Source: Octopus sinensis (lineage: Eukaryota). From it: a stretch of 64,000 bases of DNA. Positions 48,082 through 61,700 of the stretch are shown in pieces; position 1 is the stretch's first letter, and each line of letters starts with the position of its first letter. A program made the position numbers and the translations under genes. Where the stretch lies: positions 70,928,001-70,992,000 of the forward strand of contig NC_043006.1 in NCBI RefSeq assembly GCF_006345805.1, in the 5' to 3' direction. Under the pieces are notes generated by a model. That model did no database searches and was not told the DNA's origin. It saw only the letters and a program-made list of their open reading frames with translations.

Positions 48082-49336
48082 GCATCTTTCAATTTCCATC
48101 TGCCAAATCCACACAAAGTCTTAGGTCATTTCAAGGTGCCATACAAGAGTGAACTACTTAACCCTACATCTATACACACACACACACACAATTACAAAAA
48201 CCAAATAAATTATCCATATCTAAACCATGCAAAATTTAATCTCTATCACAGCTAAAAATTATCCCGATTCAAGTTCCAATTGGCGCTACTATCACACTAA
48301 CCCCATTCCTTCAGACACATTATTATGCATGATTATCTCCAGTTCAGTTTGGCAGTTTACACTAGCTTTAAAATAATAATTTAATATATGTGGCTGTGAG
48401 GTAAAAAGCTTGCTTCCCAACCACATGGTTCCCGGTTCAGTCCCACTGTATGACACCTTGGGTGTCTTCTGCTATAGCTTTGGGGTCAACCTAAGTCTTA
48501 TGAGTAGATTTGGTAGTCAAAAATGGAAAGAAGCCATCATATAAGTGAGTGTGTACACATGCATGAGTGTCATTATTCCCTCATTGCTTGAGAATTAGTG
48601 GTTGGTGTGTTTATGTCCCTGTTACTTAACAGTTCAGCAAAAGAAACCAATAGAATATATAGCAGGCTTAAAAAAATGAAAAACCAAAGTTTTCCAATCA
48701 ATTCATTTGACTAAAATTCTTGAAGCTGGTGCCTCCAGCATGGCTGCAGTCTAATGACTAGAACAAATAAAATATAAAAGAGATATGTGTAGAGAGAAAA
48801 TCTTAGTAAAGTGGAACGTCCTTGCCATTGGCAAAAGTACAAATGGGAAGAGACACCACTTTCTATAGCACCTCTTGTATAGAGATATGTAGAGAGAACG
48901 AAGACCAGAACACAAAGCACCTACTTCCATCAAACAATATTCCAATCAGACCAAAATAGCATTTTGTTTTTTCTTTTTTTTTTTTTTTGATGTTATTTTT
49001 ATTAACATGAATTTATATTTTTGGTTTTTATTAAAAAATATGTTTTGGAAAAAAAAAAATCAGAAAATGTTGGCCAACAGCAAACACAGTAGGTGTTGGG
49101 GGACACATTATAGGGGAGAAGGGAACAGATTTGATCCCAGTTCAAAACAACTCTTGCAATCAATAGGAGTGGGAGACAAAGAGAGGGAAGGGAAAAGTCC
49201 ATTCCATTCATTATCATTGACAAAGAGTTTATTAAAAACAAAATGTTAACCCCTACAAAGGAGAACAAAATTAGGGGTTTTAAGGGAAAAAATAAATAAC
49301 AAAGAATTGAGTGATAGAATGTGAAAGTTGAAGATT

Positions 49337-49463
49337 TTATGTAAATTTATCCACTTTGATAGTAAGGCCAACTTCAGGGCAAGCTTTGCGAGACTTAGTC
49401 ACTGCTGATTTGTTGTCTTGATTACTGGCAGAAGCCACTCCACAGTTCTTCTTATTGGATGAT
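49337..49463 (-). CDS. USP40: USP40 terminal exon (...PEVGLTIKVDKFT*)
   Basis: Acceptor tttgtag|a; TAA stop; AATAAA on - at 49003-48998. Confidence 0.9.
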
Positions 49464-52400
49464 CTACAAAAACAGAGAGGCAAACAGACAGATTATCATT
49501 TAGTCTAGATGTTCATGCATGAATGTGTTGGTACATGCATCTACATAAATTTATTTAAGTGTGTGTGAGTGTGTGTTGGTCCATACCACTAAACATTGTA
49601 TAGGTAAGTGTGTGCATCAGTGTGAGAAAGAATAAACAATTTCTGTTAACTCTATGGAAATGATTAAATAGAAAATCTCAAACATACTCGTCCTTTGAAT
49701 GACCATTTTGAAGCTTCATTTCTGCTTTGTTCTCATCATCTTTGGCTGTAGAGAAGTCCATCAGTTCACCAGTTTCCTCTGAGATGTTCTGGTTAGAAAA
49801 GACAAAAATAAGGTACATGTCTGCTGTAAGTATGCAACAGTGAGGAGTAATGGCTGATAGAATAAGGCAGTGAGCTGACAGAATTGTTAGCATGCCAGGC
49901 AAAATGCTTAGTGGTATTTCGTCTGCCATTACATTCTGAGTCTAAATTCCATCGAGGTCGACTTTGCCTTTCATCCTTTCAGGGTCAATTAAATAAGTAC
50001 CAGTTACGCACTGGGGATTGATTTAATTGACTTAATCTCTGTCCTTGTTTGTCCCCTTGTGGGCAATAAAGAAATAAATAGCTGACAGAGTAACATACCC
50101 AATTCCTAAAATATCACAGGCACTTGCTGATCAAGAGATACACTCCACATCACTTAGTCAAGGGACTTATCTTTCCTTGTCATTTTCCAGTACTGTTTGA
50201 CAAAGCAGCTAAATATCATATTTGATGATGTAGTTATAGATATACATAATCATTTAATGTCCTTTTTTAATGCTGGCATGGGTTGGGCTATTTACTAAAA
50301 GTCATGGCTGGAACGTCTCTGCTAATTGAGCTGACCTTGAGTGAAACAATCACCATCCTTCTATAAAAGTAAATATTAAAACCCTGGGAATACAAGATGT
50401 GTCACAAGTGACAGACTGCAACTATTACATACCTCTAATTAGGAAAGGATAGCTTTAACCTTGATATTTACCCCTGTTAGTTTGTTAATACCTTAATCAC
50501 TAAACAAACATCTTTTCCCAATATACTCCTAATTTTTTAGTCTTCCTGCACACACACACAAAACTTATGTAAAATCTCTAACTCCCATCCCATCTTCTTG
50601 AACTGATTTCAGTTTTAAATTTTCATGCAATGTTGATTTAGTCATAACAGTTGTCAAATTGGAACCAATATCTGAAATCACAGGTGTGTTGAATAAAAAA
50701 GACATTTTTTTGAACCACCAAAACTACAGAAAATTCTGCATCCATACTTGAGATACATTTCCACCAATCTCCAGTTTCATTCCACACATACACACAGAGG
50801 TTGTACAGAAAGTAATGTGGTTCATCATCATCATAGTTGTCGTTTAACATCCGCTTTCCATGCCGGCATGAGTTGGACGATTTGACTGAGGGCTGGCAAG
50901 CCAGAAGGCTGCACCAGGCTCCAATCCAATCTGGCAATGTTTCTACAGCTGGTTGCCAACCACTCCAAGAGTGTAGTGGGTGCTTTTTACGTGCCACCGG
51001 CAGTCAGGCGGTACAGGCATCGGCCACGCTTGAATGGTGCTTTTTACATGCCACCGGCACAGGAGCCAGTGTAGCAGCACTGGCAACGACCATGCTCAAA
51101 TGGTGCTTTTTACATGCCACCAGCACAGGACCAGTCAGCTACAAATGTGAGAAACTAAGCTGTGTTCAGAGAGGTTATACGCAGTTATCTGTCCCTGTAA
51201 CTTACTATTATAACGACTATCAATTCATATCTACAGTCGTGGCCAAAAGTTTGGAACACAAGTCTGAAAATTAGAATTTTTATATTAAAAGCCCAAAGTT
51301 ATATTTGAATCGAAATGCATAAAAATTTTAACTTTTAACCTGTTTCAAACTTTTGGTCACGACTGTAGAGTTGTAAAATAGGAAGGACACAGCTATTGTA
51401 GTTCATAGATATAGTATAAAAAATAGGGTGGAAAATGTGGCTGATAGATCATTGACCAAATAGGCCCACTGGATTAGCACTGGCCTAGGGCTAAACAGCA
51501 CTCACAAAACTGATGTTACATTCAGCAAATAATAGTAGTTTCTAGTATATTTCCCTTCTCCCTGGAGAAGGAAGAGATGATACATGCTAAGTTTGACTCA
51601 ATATAGATGAGGAATTTGGAATAATGTTGATTATTTTGGCACAGAGAAGAGTACTAAGATTACATCTGTATTGAGCTGCCAAAAAAACCAACAGGAGGAC
51701 TTCAGTTCAAGTATGAATGACACCAATGTACTTGAGAGTTGCACTAAGTTTGTATTAGATCTGTATTAATACATATAGGATAGTGCTTGATACAGAGCAG
51801 TACTAGTGTCTATAGAACAGTGGTAGTGGTGGATATATAGAAGAAAGATAATTTTAGTATCATATAGTGTTATGTAAGTGGCACATAAAATATATCCTTT
51901 ACACTCTTGGAGTGGTTGGCATAAGGAGGGCATCCAGCTATAGAAACCATGTCATATCAGACTGGAAACTGGTGCAGCTCTCTGGCTTACTAGTTCCAGT
52001 CACACTGACTAACCCATGCTTTAACCCATGCAAAGCATGGAAGGCAGATTCTAAATGATGATGATGAGAGAGAGAAGAATTCAGTGGTGTATGTAGAAAA
52101 TAGAACATTTTTAGTGGTATTGAATGCAGAACAGTAGCTAGTGTTAGTGGTGATGTATGTAGAACAATAGAAAAGTGACACATACTTTGACAGCAATCAA
52201 ATCTCCATCTTTGATGCAGTAAGGATTGCACTGGGTACGTGTAGTTCTGTGTTGGTTTTTACGACGAGATCTAGATGTCCCTTTCTGAAAAGTACAAGCA
52301 AAACACTTAAGTGACATCGTCAGACAGACATCACACTACACTGATATGGAACATTGTTGTGGCACTATTACATACATACAGGCAGACACACGTGCTTGAC

Positions 52401-55158
52401 TACAGTATAGTAATATAATAAATACAAACTTGTTACCAGTTCAAATATGCCTCAAGCATAAGGAGGCCAGTCATTGTGTTTGTCAGGGAGAAAATTTCTC
52501 ACTGTAGACAAATAGGTGTAAATACATCAAGTCAGCCCACAGCGCCACCTGACCAGGCTGTGCAATGCATGTATTTTGAGATGGTTATCTTCTCTTCAGC
52601 CAATATAATATCACACAAACCACCTTACCTCAAATCATCCCCAAGGAGGACACATTGATATATGTAATCCTATATACACTATGTCAGATGACTAGAAGAT
52701 GGGATGGCTATGGGTGTAATGCCTGCTCACATTTCTGTGTATTAGACTAATTGTTGGCAGATCAGGAGTTCAAACTCACAACGTGTCTGTATTCCAGGAC
52801 AGAACACATTTTATATTACTCCAGTTTATGCCTGCTACATGTCTCTAGAAACAGGTATCACCATAACATCTGGGAAATGTTACCTGCAAAAGGCTGACAT
52901 CCTATCCAAGTGAATATCTATTTCTCATTAGCTTAATTTAAAATCCTTATTATAAACTAAATTTAACTATAAGAACAAATGAGCAAGCCTCCTTACAGTT
53001 TGCTTGCCATGCAAGAAACAGTAATGAGTTGAGGCCAATGTGGTTGCTGTCTCCAAAAAGCAAATTGGAGAGCATGGTTCTAGATCTCCTATAATTGAAT
53101 AAACATAGGGTTGGTCATGATTAGGTGCCATAACACTAAATATAAAAATTTTTAGTCTATTCCCAGACAATACAAGTTCAATCTGACAATCTTTGTTTAT
53201 TAGTCAGCCTAAAGCTATGATTAGAAGACAACCCTGGAATTATGCGATTGCAACACAAACTTCTTAAACATACATCTATGCCAGGGCCCATATGTAGTTG
53301 ATGGCTGGTTCTGATGGGGGAAGTTCAAATAACTGACTACATAACTGAACAATGAGATGCCCTTACCTTATTGTTGTGTTGTGTATTTGAGTCCTTCAGC
53401 ACAGTCCACTCACACTTTGAAGGGAAGTATTTGGCCAGCAGCACGTCTTTTTCCGGGATCAAGAGAAAATTGGCAATGGTTCTTTTCAGGTGGTCAACAG
53501 AGTTTCCTTGGCCAGTGTCCCAAACCATCTCAACAGGGTCCTTATATTCACGACTGTCACACAAACGCTGTTTAATTGTCAGTAAGATTTCTTCAGGCCT
53601 GTCCCCAATAAAGAAAAGATAAATGAATATTAGGAGTATTACAGAAATGATTAGGAGTACACTGTTTGGGAATGTGTCAGGCAGGATGGGCATTAGGAGA
53701 GTCTAAAAATAACTTTGGGAGAATGTGAGATATTACATTAAAGGACTTGGGAGAAAGAAGAATTTAATGAAGATACAATTCAGATTTACACCAAATAGGC
53801 TCATTTATCATCATTTAACGTCTGTTTTCCATGCTGGTACGAGTTGAACAATTCAACTCCTGTCTTATCTCTAACCATACCCACCAATCTTTCTTCCCCA
53901 CAAGGCTCACCCTGACATTTCATCATCACTTTGTTTGTCTCTTTCCAACTCCACATCAATTACTCCCACCCATTCCTGCATAGTTTGAGCAACCATGTAT
54001 CTCTTCTGCAGCAAGAAATCTATTCTGGGCCCCTTCCTACATACTCTATCTTTTCATCACCAAGCATAAAGCTAACCCCTTGTCTCCTTTACTTTAACCT
54101 GACTCAGTCAAAGGGATCTTAGTCTTGCAAGTTACAAGATGGCCTCACTAGTGCTGGAACCAGTATTCTCCATAAAGTGATTGGTGTTTATGAAGGGCAT
54201 TCAATCACACAAACTATGCCAAAGGAGACATTGCAGCATAACAATCAGACAATCCAACCATGCCAACATGGAAGACAGATGGTGTGTAAATACATTGCTA
54301 TTGTTTAATAATCTGTTAATCTGATGATGACAATTACAACAATTTAAACAAATCCTAGTCTTACCTTAAGTTTTCAGATTTTGCCAGGACTTGAACTCCA
54401 ATCTGACAAGTGTCTGGAAGCTTCAAATTTCTGAAATATAAAATACAGAACTGAGAACAACAATATATTTCAGAGGGTACATGTCAGCTGAGGTTCTTGT
54501 GGAGCCCTTCTCACAGATCAAATATGTGAGTTACCCACATGCAGTCTTTCCCCATTACTCTCCTCTTATCCTCCTGTCTTTCTCCACTTCCCTGGTCTTT
54601 TGTCTGTGAACCTGACAAAGTACTGCACCTGAAATACATAGTCCTTTGTCAGGACTGTTTTCCTTCTTTGACTGTCAACCTAATAATATGAACAGTGAAC
54701 ATCCCTAAGGCTTTTGTTGCTTTTTGTACATGAGTTGTAGCTTTTTTGCTATTGATTTGCTCTTTCTTTCTCTCATCTACATATGGCAAATGAAAGATGG
54801 AATATATATATGGAGCACTCTCTTGGTTACGACAATGAGGGTCCCAGCTGATACGGTCAATGGACAGCTTGCTCATGAAATTAACGTGCAAGTGGCTGAG
54901 CACTCCACAGACACGTGTACCCTTAATGTAGTTCTCAGGGAGATTCAGCATGAAACAGAATATGACAAAGTTGGCCCTTTGAAATACAGGTACTACTCAT
55001 TTCTGCCAGCTGAGTAGAATGGAGCAACGTGAAATAAAGTGTCTTGCTCAAGGACACAATGCATCACCAGGAATTGAACTCACAGCCTTACAATTGTGAG
55101 CCGAATGCCTTAACCACTAAGCCATGCACCTTCACGCATGTGTGTGTGTGTATATATA

Positions 55159-55192
<34 letters not shown>

Positions 55193-58100
55193 CGCACACA
55201 CACACACACACCATCATCATCATCATTTAATGTCTGTTTTCCATGCTGGCATAGGTTGGACGGTTTGACAGGTCTGGAAAGCAAGGAGGCTGCACCAGGC
55301 TCCAATCTGATCTGGCAATGTTTCTACAGCTGGATGCCCTTCCTAACACCAACCACTCCGAGTCACCAGTATGGGAGCCAGTCAGGCAGCATTGGCCACG
55401 TTTGAATAGTAATTTTTATGTGCCACCAGCATGGGAGGCTAATCAGAAGGCATTGGCATCAGCCACAATCAGATGGTGCCTTTTAAGTGTCACCAGCATG
55501 GGACCCAGTCAGGTATCCCTGGCATCAATAATATATATATATATATACATACACACACACACTACTTTTACAAGGAAAAAGTTGACAATGTCTCACATTT
55601 CAGCTCTGTCACCTTCATTGAACTCTAGTCGTAGCTGTCAACCTTTCCCTTGTAAAAATAAATGTTACTCTGAAGAGGCATTTCAATGGTCTTTCAAGTT
55701 AATTCTTTTACTTGTTTCGTTTATGTGACTCCAGCCATGCTGGAGCATTTCTCTAAAGGGTTTTAGTCAAAGAAATCATCCCCAGGACTCACTCTTTGTA
55801 AACCTAGTACTTATTTCATTGGTCTCTTTTGCTGAACCGCTAAGTTACAGGGACACAAACACACCAGCATTGGTTGTCAAGCAATGGTAGACATACACAC
55901 ATATACACATGACAGGCTTCTTTCAGTCTCTGTCTACCAAATCCATTCACAAGGCTTTGGTCAGCCCAAGATTATAGTAGAAGACACTTGCCCAAGGTGC
56001 CACACAGTGGGACTGAACTCGGAACCATGTGGTTGGAAAGCAAACTTCTTACCACACAGCCACGCCAGTTTGTTTTTATATCGAACTATACATGGAAACC
56101 AACCAAACATATATATGAATATATGAGTGAGATTATGATTGTGAACTCTCAAACAGGAAATTAGTCATATGATAGTGGCACCTAATCTGTAGTGAACCAT
56201 ATGAGTTTGCTTTCTAATACATAAAAAGACTATAAACTGATTTTTAACCCTTTAACATTTAAACCAACAATATCCGACCCAAAATATTCTACCTGCTTTA
56301 CATGTAAACTTACTAGACCCAGCCTCTCACACCTACTCTACAGCATCATTCTAAAAATAAACAACCGCATCACTGAAATCTCAAAGCTACAAGATAATAC
56401 AGGATTAATTCAAAACAGTGTGAATAAATATGCATTACATTTGACAGTAATTTGAAAGCTACGGGGTCGGGACGTTGCTTCAGATTTTAGATGAGGGATG
56501 GAGAATAGTTAATGAAATCAACCTCAATACATGAAAGAAGGTTTTATCAACCATCAGAAGACAATGGCTAAGCAAACTGTGACAAGGTTTCATCTCATAA
56601 CATCAAGAGATGTCACTAAATACAAAATCTGTTAATCCACCACCATCCTTGAATACACAAATAGTGACCGTTAATGCATACTGAATGGTATGATGGTGAC
56701 TAGTGAATGATATGATGATGATCCCAATAATACATGTGAATGATATAAAAGCGATTCCTAATAAACAATATATAGTACTTACTGAATGGTATTGTTGTGA
56801 CCTTTCAGGATGGTTTTCATCTCGTTTTCCTCCATCACCTTCAACCGTAAGTAATAATAGTTGTTGACACTAGCCAGTTGGGGCAGTTCCATCAGTCGAA
56901 CCTTAAGCTCCTCAAGTGTACTCATCTTGCTCACTTCAAGGTTATCCAGGAATATAGGGCTGTCTTTCTCAGCTTTGTTATCACTGCCATTCCACAAACC
57001 TACACAACAATACCAACAACATTATCACTAGCCTCAATGTGCCCCTTGATTGACAAAAAAATAGCAGTTAAAATCTCCCTCAAAGCCTACTATCTCATCA
57101 CCTATCTGGCATAAAATCCATCTCCTTCAATATTACATCCTCTACTTCAGTTGAAGATGGGGGGGGGGGGGGTCTTGCAAGTTTCTTGGTGACTGCACTG
57201 GTGCCATGTAAAAAGCACCATGTACATTTTATAAAATGGTTGACATTAGGAAGGACATCCAGCTGTAGAAACCATGCCAAAGCTGGTATTGAAGCTCGAC
57301 ACAGTCTTCTGGCATATCAGTTCTTGTCAAACCATCTGACCCATGCCAGAATGGAAAATAAACATTGAATAAATGTAGTCAATAAATGTAGTCCCTAAAT
57401 GTAGTCACTAAAGACAGGTTGATCATGCTTGGGATCCCTGTATCATACAGCAACTAATCCAGAGTTAACCTTGGATTAATCATAAACAATTTTGTCAAGG
57501 AAAAAATGTAAAATACAATTAATAGTAATAATAATAATCCTTTCTACTAAAGGAACAAGGTCTGATATTTGGAGGGGAGAGGGACTAGCTGATTGCATTG
57601 ACCCCAGTGTTTCACTGGTACTAACAATTCTGCCAGATTGCCACCTTATATAGTAGTAATCCTTTCTATCATAGGCACAAGGCCTGAAAATGGGAGGAGG
57701 AGACTAGTCAATTACGTCAACCATAGTTTCACTGGTACTTAATTTATCAACCCCAATAGGATGAAAGGCACAGTCAACCTTGGCGGAATCTGAACTCAGA
57801 ATGTAGCAACAGATGAAATACCACTAAGCATTTCACCCATTGTGCTATTGATTCTGCCAGCTCACCGCCTTGTGGTTTCAAATTTTTGCACATGGCCAGA
57901 GCTTCGAGGGGTAAGCCAATCACATCGACCCTAGTTCTCAACTGGTACTTATTTTAATCAATAATAATAATTGCTTCTCACATTAGGAACAAGACCAGCA
58001 GTTTTGAGGGGAGAGGTGTTAACAAAATCAACCCTTGTATTTGATTGGCACTTTATTTTATAGACCCTGAAAGAATGAAAGGCAAAGGTTGACCCCAACA

Positions 58101-58656
58101 GAATTTGTTACGTACTTTGGAATGTGATGGTGAGCCAAGACAGCACTCCGGCTTGCTCATCATCGATGGTCCGGAATAACCAGGCTGAAATCAGGATGTT
58201 ACCCTGTAATGAAACACAGATGATGATGTAGTCATGCAAAATTGTAGTAACAGGTTCAATTCAAGACAACCACAGAGAAAGCTTTTATGAGAAATTACAC
58301 CCAACAGTCTTAAAATAGTAAAGGGCAGTTTGGGTAATGTAGTTAAAGATACACTCAGAATAAAAGATTAATCATGGATGGAACGCCTTTGGTTATGTCT
58401 GCTCTTTCGGGAACAGAGTACTAATCAACAAAATAAGGTTCTTTTTATCATCTACTTGTTTCAGTTGTCTGACCATGGCCATGCTGGGGCACTGTCTTGA
58501 AGGGTTTTAGTTGAACAAATCAACCCCAGGATTGTTTTAGAGTTTTTACGCCTGATATTTGTTGGGTTTTTTTTTGTTGAACTATTAAGTTGTGGGGATG
58601 TAAACAAACCAACACTGGCCATCAAGTGATGGTGGATGAAAAATACGACACAAATC

Positions 58657-58701
<45 letters not shown>

Positions 58702-61700
58702 TACATGACAGACATCTTTCAGTTTCTGTCTATCAACTCCACACACTTCCCCAAGGTGGTACACAGTGGGACTGAACCTGAAACCATACAATTGGGAAGC
58801 AAGCTTCTTACCACACAGCCTGGTCTTTACATCATCAAAAGGTAGAAACAATTAGCATTTCTTGTAATTGTGATGACATTCTAAATTGTTGTTTAGCTGA
58901 TAATCCCATTTTTTGGAAACATAATCATCTACGTCTCATCATTTAACAGTCATTTCCATGCAGGTATGGTTTTTATAATTGGATGCCCCTCATAATGCCA
59001 ACCACTTTACAGAGTGTACTGAAACCCCTTTAACTGAGATGGGGTGAATAGCATTGAGAAAGGTGGCTTTCTGCCAGATGATGAGGGGCTAAAGTATGAC
59101 AATGGGGACAGGAATGGGCGTCATTATGATTTGAGATTTGATTGCTATTTCTAGCAGGCCAATCCACCACATAACAAAGTAGCTCATAACTTGCCAATCA
59201 GATCGGAACCTGATGCACCTCCCTGGCTTAACAGTTTTTTGTCAAACTGTCCAACCCATGCCAGCATGGAAAACAGATGTTAAATGATGATGATGATGAA
59301 CATGCTAGAAATAGCAGCCAAATCTTTTTTGTGTCATATCCAAATCTCTTAAAGGAAAAAGAACACATTAAATATTGTAGTTTTAGTTACATTATTTCTG
59401 AAAAGAAAAAGAGATGGCCATGGTCAGAATGTTTCTGATGATAGGTTTAGTCAGTTATGGAATGACCTGGAACTAAACAACCTGGTAGCCAATGTAACAA
59501 CCAACTCCACAACTCAAACTTTTTGCTATCAACAAACAATCCTGGCAGTAAAAGCTGTACAGACACTTTACAGAGGGCAGCCTTTATGACCCTTGAAAGA
59601 GTTGTAAATGTCCTTGGTAATTAGGGACCACTAATAAGTGAGATAATTTACCTTCTGTGGCAGTTTTCCTCGTTCACAGAGCAATCTATCTCCATGGTTT
59701 ACCTGACAACTCTCCAGAGTTGCCCACAGCTGGTTCAATATGGTGGATGGTTCACCACACCATGAGACTTTCCGGAGATGCCAACCTTCCACTGGTAAAC
59801 AAAAACATGATGAGAATGACACAGCAATAATATTTTTTCAAATATAGGCAAAAGGCTAAAAATTTTAGAAGGGGTTAATCAATTAAATTGACCATTACCC
59901 CAGTACATGGCTGGTACTATATCTTTTCTACTCTAGGCACAAGGCACAAAATTTTGAGGGAGGGGGCCAGTCAATTAGATTGACCCCAGCACGCAACTGG
60001 GACTTAACCCCAAAAGGATGAAAGGCTAAGTCGACCTCGGCAGAATTTGAACTCAAAATGTAAAGACAGATGAAATACCACTAAGCATTTTGCCCGGCAT
60101 GTTAACGCTTTTGCCAGCTCACTGCCTTATGGCTGGTATCATATCAACAGAAGAATGAAAGGCAAAGTTGACCTTTTGGGATTTGAACTCAGAACTTAGA
60201 GAATTAAAACAAATACCACAAGGCATTTTTTCCACCTCTCCAATGATTCAGCCAATTCCCCACTCTAATAATGGCTTCAAAGTCTGACACAGGGCCAACA
60301 GTTTTTGAAGGGACTGGGGAAGTTGATTACATCAACTCCAGTAGTTTGCTGGTATTTATCGACCCTGGAAAAATGAAAGGCAAAGTTGAGTTTGGCAAAA
60401 TTTTAGCTCAGAATGTAAAGAACAGACAAAAGAACCACTTAGCATTTTGTCCAGTGTACTAACAGTTCGCAGCCTTTCACTGTCCTAATAATAATAATAA
60501 TAATGTTTGTTTCAAATCCATATTTTCTTACAAATCAAAAAGATTCCAAGCATGAAACTGCCAATCAGTGAAGTAGATTATGGCAGAATGCTGGACTCAA
60601 AAATATCAAAGTACTTCATTTCATTCTTTTATTTTTGGAATTCAAATCATGTCATAGATGTCAGACAACCATCTCTTCACGCTGATGAAATGCACTGGAG
60701 GTGATTTATTGAGCCATAACAGTTATTATGCTTTGTGTCAATGTAAAGCAGCAAAAAGTAGATAGATCAGAAGAGCAGGGTCTTTCGGAGTGGAAGCAAC
60801 TAAAGACTCTACCCACCACAATAGAAACCTTGACTTATTAAACCAAGTAGAAGGATGACCTCTACTATAAATGATTATGCAGATATACTAATGAAGAAGG
60901 GTGACCCTACAATGGAAAATGTGGTATACTAACCAGGTAGGAGGGCATCCCATTTGGAAGCAATGTATCCAATACAACCTTCAACAGTTTCATCCTTGGC
61001 CAAAGTCAGTTCCAAATCAGCCTGAGTTGTGGTCAAACTGGCACCAAACCCAACAAACACTGTGATCTGGGAATTTAAACAACACCATGATATATATATA
61101 TAGGGAAAGTTTACGAAAAAAACAAAAGACGAAGACAGGTGGTGTACAAAACAAACAGATGTATTAGTATAGCACTCAGGAATAGAAAAAGTCTTTTACA
61201 TTTCGAGCCTACGCTCTTCTACAGAAAGGTACACAGAAAAAACAAGGAGAGAAAAAAATGTGTGTAGTGGCTAACGATCTATGAATTCTGAAAGCCACAG
61301 CAAAGAACTAGTCTAGAAAAACAGTAATTATGAATTAAAAAAAAAAACAATACAGAGCAGAAGAGAGTTCTTAGTTCTCCCACAACCAATCTCTCTTGTA
61401 TTGACAACACAATTAACTACACCCAAACTAGGATTTTGTTGTATAAAAGAAGCTCCATGGCTTGGGTTAAGAAAGAGCCATTTGTGTCTTGGCCCATATA
61501 CACAGAACAATAGTGTCAACAAGTGTATGACATTTGAACAGGGTAGTGAAAACAACAACAACAACAACAGTGTCATGTACAAGTGTACATGAGTAGCACT
61601 CACCTCATCTCTGCGCAGCTGTGGTTTATCTTCTAAGAAGAGCTGATGATCAGTACCAGCCAAAACATTCTGGATCATGTCCTCTCCCCACACTGAAATA

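Noticed and set aside
50336-50360. KDGDCFTQ micro-exon candidate for USP40
   Set aside because: The real KDGD motif is in 52284-52186, which has correct phase and fuller similarity.
54724-55017. 97-aa ORF that looks protein-like
   Set aside because: Most of it is the reverse strand of a SINE head also seen at about 30100-30250 and 45300-45470.
59480-59592. Possible USP40 exon after GKLPQK
   Set aside because: There is an in-frame stop from the available acceptor. 58203-58116 fits phase and homology better.
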